The position numbers and the translations under genes were made by a program. From Clostridiales bacterium Firm_07 (GTDB lineage Bacteria; Bacillota; Clostridia; Oscillospirales; CAG-272), in assembly GCA_001604005.1 (NCBI GenBank), contig LVAM01000019.1, positions 148,754 to 212,753 on the forward strand: a DNA stretch of 64,000 nt, in the 5' to 3' direction. Under the pieces are notes generated by a model. That model worked only from the letters and a program-made list of their open reading frames with translations. It ran no database searches and was not told the DNA's origin. Shown in pieces: positions 61,598 to 64,000 of this stretch. How positions within the stretch are numbered: position 1 is the stretch's first letter; the number at the start of each line of letters is the position of its first letter.

Positions 61598-62683
61598 TTA
61601 TATTCTCCGTAATTTTAATATGTCCTCATAAATCGTTTGATTTGCGCGCGGGTTGAAAAACTTGCCGACCGCGCACTCCATCGCTTCGCGCGTGTTTGCG
61701 TCTTCAAGCAAAGCGAAAACCCGCCCCGTCAGCGTTTCACCGGAAAGCTCGTTTTCGTCAAGCAAAACCGCCGCGCCCACCCCGGCAAGCGCCGCGGCGT
61801 TTTTTCTTTGATGATCGCCCGTAACGTTGGGCGAGGGGACAAGGATCGCCGCGCGACGCGCCGCAGACAGTTCCGAGAGCGTAATGGCGCCCGCGCGGCA
61901 AACGACCAGATCCGCCGCCGCCATTTCGCGCGCCATATCGTGAATGAACGGCACCACCCGAAAACGCGGTTCACCCGAAAGAGAACGGCTGGAAAACTCC
62001 GCGAAAACGCGCTCGTATTCCCTTTTGCCGCTTGCCAGCAACACCGAAACGTCTTGTTTTTCGCGCGCCGCACACATCAGATCAAGCACCGCGTCGTTGA
62101 TCTTCTCCGCGCCAAGACTCCCGCCGAACGCGAGTACGCGTTTACCCGTTTTCGCGCGGAGCACGGGTGTTCTCCAACTTTCCCGCATGGGATTGCCGAC
62201 AACGGAATAACGCGCGCCGCGCGGCAAAGCGTCCGCGGCAGAGGCAAAGTTCAGCCACACCATATCGACGCGGCGTGCAAGGCGACGCACGGCAAGTCCC
62301 GGTACGGCGTTGGATTCGTGCACCGCGGAGGGGATCCCGAGGCGCGCGGCGGCAAGCAGTGTCGGAAACGAGGCGTAGCCGCCCGTTCCGCACACCACGT
62401 CGGGCGCAAAATCAAGAAGCAGTTTTTCGGCTTCCCCGACGGCGCGGCGCGCGTTTATGAGGACCCGGATATTTTTCAGCGTAAGGCGACGAATCAGCCC
62501 CTCCACGTCCAACACTTTGATGCGGTATCCCGCTTTTTTGACGAGATCTTCCTCCATACCGCCGCGCGCGCCGACAAACAAGATCTCTGCACGGGGATCG
62601 TTGCGCCGCACGGTATCGGCGATGGCGAGCCCCGGCATAATGTGCCCGCCGGTACCGCCGCAACTGACGACCAGTTTCATCAT
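61598..62683 (-). CDS. murG: UDP-N-acetylglucosamine--N-acetylmuramyl-(pentapeptide) pyrophosphoryl-undecaprenol GlcNAc transferase
   Basis: MMKLVVSCGGTGGHIMPGLAIADTV...; ...VVCGTGGYASFP...; ...VCRAGAITLSELSAARRAAILVPSPNVTGDHQRKNA... The start overlaps the ftsW stop (ATGA). Confidence 0.95.
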   Translation of the reverse strand: MMKLVVSCGGTGGHIMPGLAIADTVRRNDPRAEILFVGARGGMEEDLVKKAGYRIKVLDVEGLIRRLTLKNIRVLINARRAVGEAEKLLLDFAPDVVCGTGGYASFPTLLAAARLGIPSAVHESNAVPGLAVRRLARRVDMVWLNFASAADALPRGARYSVVGNPMRESWRTPVLRAKTGKRVLAFGGSLGAEKINDAVLDLMCAAREKQDVSVLLASGKREYERVFAEFSSRSLSGEPRFRVVPFIHDMAREMAAADLVVCRAGAITLSELSAARRAAILVPSPNVTGDHQRKNAAALAGVGAAVLLDENELSGETLTGRVFALLEDANTREAMECAVGKFFNPRANQTIYEDILKLRRI

Positions 62684-63855
62684 CTTCTCTGCGTGCCGAA
62701 GCGAGAGATCGCCAGCACAACTCCCATCTCAAAGATTTGCATTGCGAGAAATGTACCGCCCGAACTGAAAAACGGCAGAGAAACGCCGGTGTTGGGCATC
62801 GAGTTGGTGACAACGGCAACGTTTAGTGCCGTTTGCAGAGCGAGTTTAAAAGAAATACCGAAAACAACGAGCGCCGAAAAACGATCCGGCGCGCGCGACG
62901 CGATGCGAAAACCGCGCAAAACGACCGTAAGGACAAGGAGCATCAAGAGAGCGGCGCCGACAAAGCCGAGTTCTTCACAGACAACGGTAAAGATAAAATC
63001 GTTTTGCGGCTCGGCAACGTAGCCGTATTTTTGCCGGCCCTTGCCGTATCCCGTGCCGAAAATACCGCCGGAACCGATGGCAAAAAGCCCTTGCAGGGTC
63101 TGCCACGCGGAACCGAGAGGGTCCACTTCCTCGATATGTAACCAGGTGTTGACGCGCACTTGCGCGTATGAAGACACGAGGACCAGCAGAACGCCCGCCG
63201 CGGCGATCAGCGAAAACAACATCAAAAGATAGCGGAGCCGCGTGCCGCCGAAAAAGAGCATCGCCACGCCGATCATGCCGATGATGAGCAAGCCGGAAAT
63301 GTGCTTTTCCGCCGCCACGAGCAAAAGGATCGGCAAAATGAGCGCAAAGGGCGCGAGGACGCCGTAACGAAAGCTTCCCTTTCCGCGGCGCGTGGAAAGC
63401 ACTTCCTTTTCGTGTTTTGCAAGCACCAGCGCCAACATCAGGATAAGCGCAAGTTTGGCGATCTCGGAAGGTTGGATCGTCAACGGTCCCAGTATCAGCC
63501 ATCGACGCGCTCCCCCTCCTATTGTACCAATGAACAGCACAAGAATCAAGAGAAAAATCGAAATCCCGTATAAAATCCACGCGAGCGCACGAAAAAAAGC
63601 GGGTTTGGCAAGGAGAACGAGCGGCGATGTGACGAAGATTGCCAATGCGGAAAAAAGCAGATAGCGTTTGAGAAAATAGCCGCTGTCCCCGTAAAACTCC
63701 TTCGCGTAGACCGCGCTGGCGCTGTACGACATCGCCGCGCCGAAAACGAGAAGCAAAAGGACAAGCGTAAAAAACACCGTGTCCGGCGCTCTTCCCTTTT
63801 CTTTTTGCTCTTCTCTTGTAAAGAAAAACACGGAAAGGATGTTTTCTTTTTGCAT
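62680..63855 (-). CDS. ftsW: FtsW/RodA/SpoVE-family peptidoglycan glycosyltransferase
   Basis: The ATG at 63855 follows GAGGTG. It has about 10 TM segments, ...RRWLILGPLTIQPSEIAKLALIL... and ...GLGYGKGRQKYGYVAEPQNDFIF... It sits in the dcw cluster. Confidence 0.9.
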   Translation of the reverse strand: MQKENILSVFFFTREEQKEKGRAPDTVFFTLVLLLLVFGAAMSYSASAVYAKEFYGDSGYFLKRYLLFSALAIFVTSPLVLLAKPAFFRALAWILYGISIFLLILVLFIGTIGGGARRWLILGPLTIQPSEIAKLALILMLALVLAKHEKEVLSTRRGKGSFRYGVLAPFALILPILLLVAAEKHISGLLIIGMIGVAMLFFGGTRLRYLLMLFSLIAAAGVLLVLVSSYAQVRVNTWLHIEEVDPLGSAWQTLQGLFAIGSGGIFGTGYGKGRQKYGYVAEPQNDFIFTVVCEELGFVGAALLMLLVLTVVLRGFRIASRAPDRFSALVVFGISFKLALQTALNVAVVTNSMPNTGVSLPFFSSGGTFLAMQIFEMGVVLAISRFGTQRR

Positions 63856-63857
63856 AT

Positions 63858-64000
63858 TCACCTCAAAACCAGGGCAAGCGCGGCAAAGCCGAGCGCCGCA
63901 AAGGAAAAGACGGCCACCACGCGCTCTTCGCTCCAACCGCACTTTTCAAAATGATGGTGGAGCGGCGCCATACGGAAAAGGCGCTTGCCTTTTGAAAACT
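63858..64000 (-). CDS. mraY: phospho-N-acetylmuramoyl-pentapeptide transferase MraY, C-terminal 47 codons (rest outside the window)
   Basis: The minus-strand translation ...[44 protein letters not shown] contains the MraY C-terminal signature [12 protein letters not shown] is at 63860-63858. Confidence 0.85.
   Translation of the reverse strand, partial: FSKGKRLFRMAPLHHHFEKCGWSEERVVAVFSFAALGFAALALVLR

Overview
This window looks like a mostly housekeeping chromosomal segment of a GC-rich Firmicute, probably Clostridia-like and spore-forming. The evidence for that is a CIRCE/HrcA-controlled hrcA-grpE-dnaK-dnaJ-prmA-rsmE operon, Bacillus-like miaB(ymcB)-ymcA-mutS-mutL synteny, a SpoVB-like flippase, and near-consensus sigma-A promoters in AT-rich spacers. 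I call 52 protein-coding genes, two of them cut by the window edges. I saw no tRNA, rRNA, CRISPR array or convincing mobile element. Thirty-two consecutive genes (8944-48969) lie on the minus strand. Recognisable blocks are: uvrB-uvrA; the 3' part of the dcw cluster (mraY-ftsW-murG-ftsQ, then ftsZ); three aminoacyl-tRNA synthetase genes (argS, lysS, alaS); tgt-tldD-pmbA; and GTP-type PEP carboxykinase, rplS, greA and rqcH. The one clear cis-regulatory RNA is a lysine riboswitch with a terminator platform. It sits in front of an NhaC-family transporter that carries an unusual N-terminal membrane anchor plus a 4x CxxC zinc-ribbon extension. Four regions look least explained. (i) A four-gene extracytoplasmic operon (unknown anchored protein, NusG-II protein, Gx transporter, ApbE flavin transferase) has no recognisable flavinylation substrate and no room for its own promoter. 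(ii) An AraC-adjacent five-gene operon (404-4911) has uncharacterised sugar-type enzymes, including a Gfo/Idh/MocA-like protein without a Rossmann domain. (iii) An 814-aa lipoprotein has a duplicated N-terminal domain and a metallo-beta-lactamase domain. (iv) An S41 protease has a cytoplasmic ferredoxin-like N-terminal domain. I found no defence system, toxin-antitoxin pair or other clearly novel multi-gene system. All functional calls come from reading the translations and motifs by eye; no database search was run.
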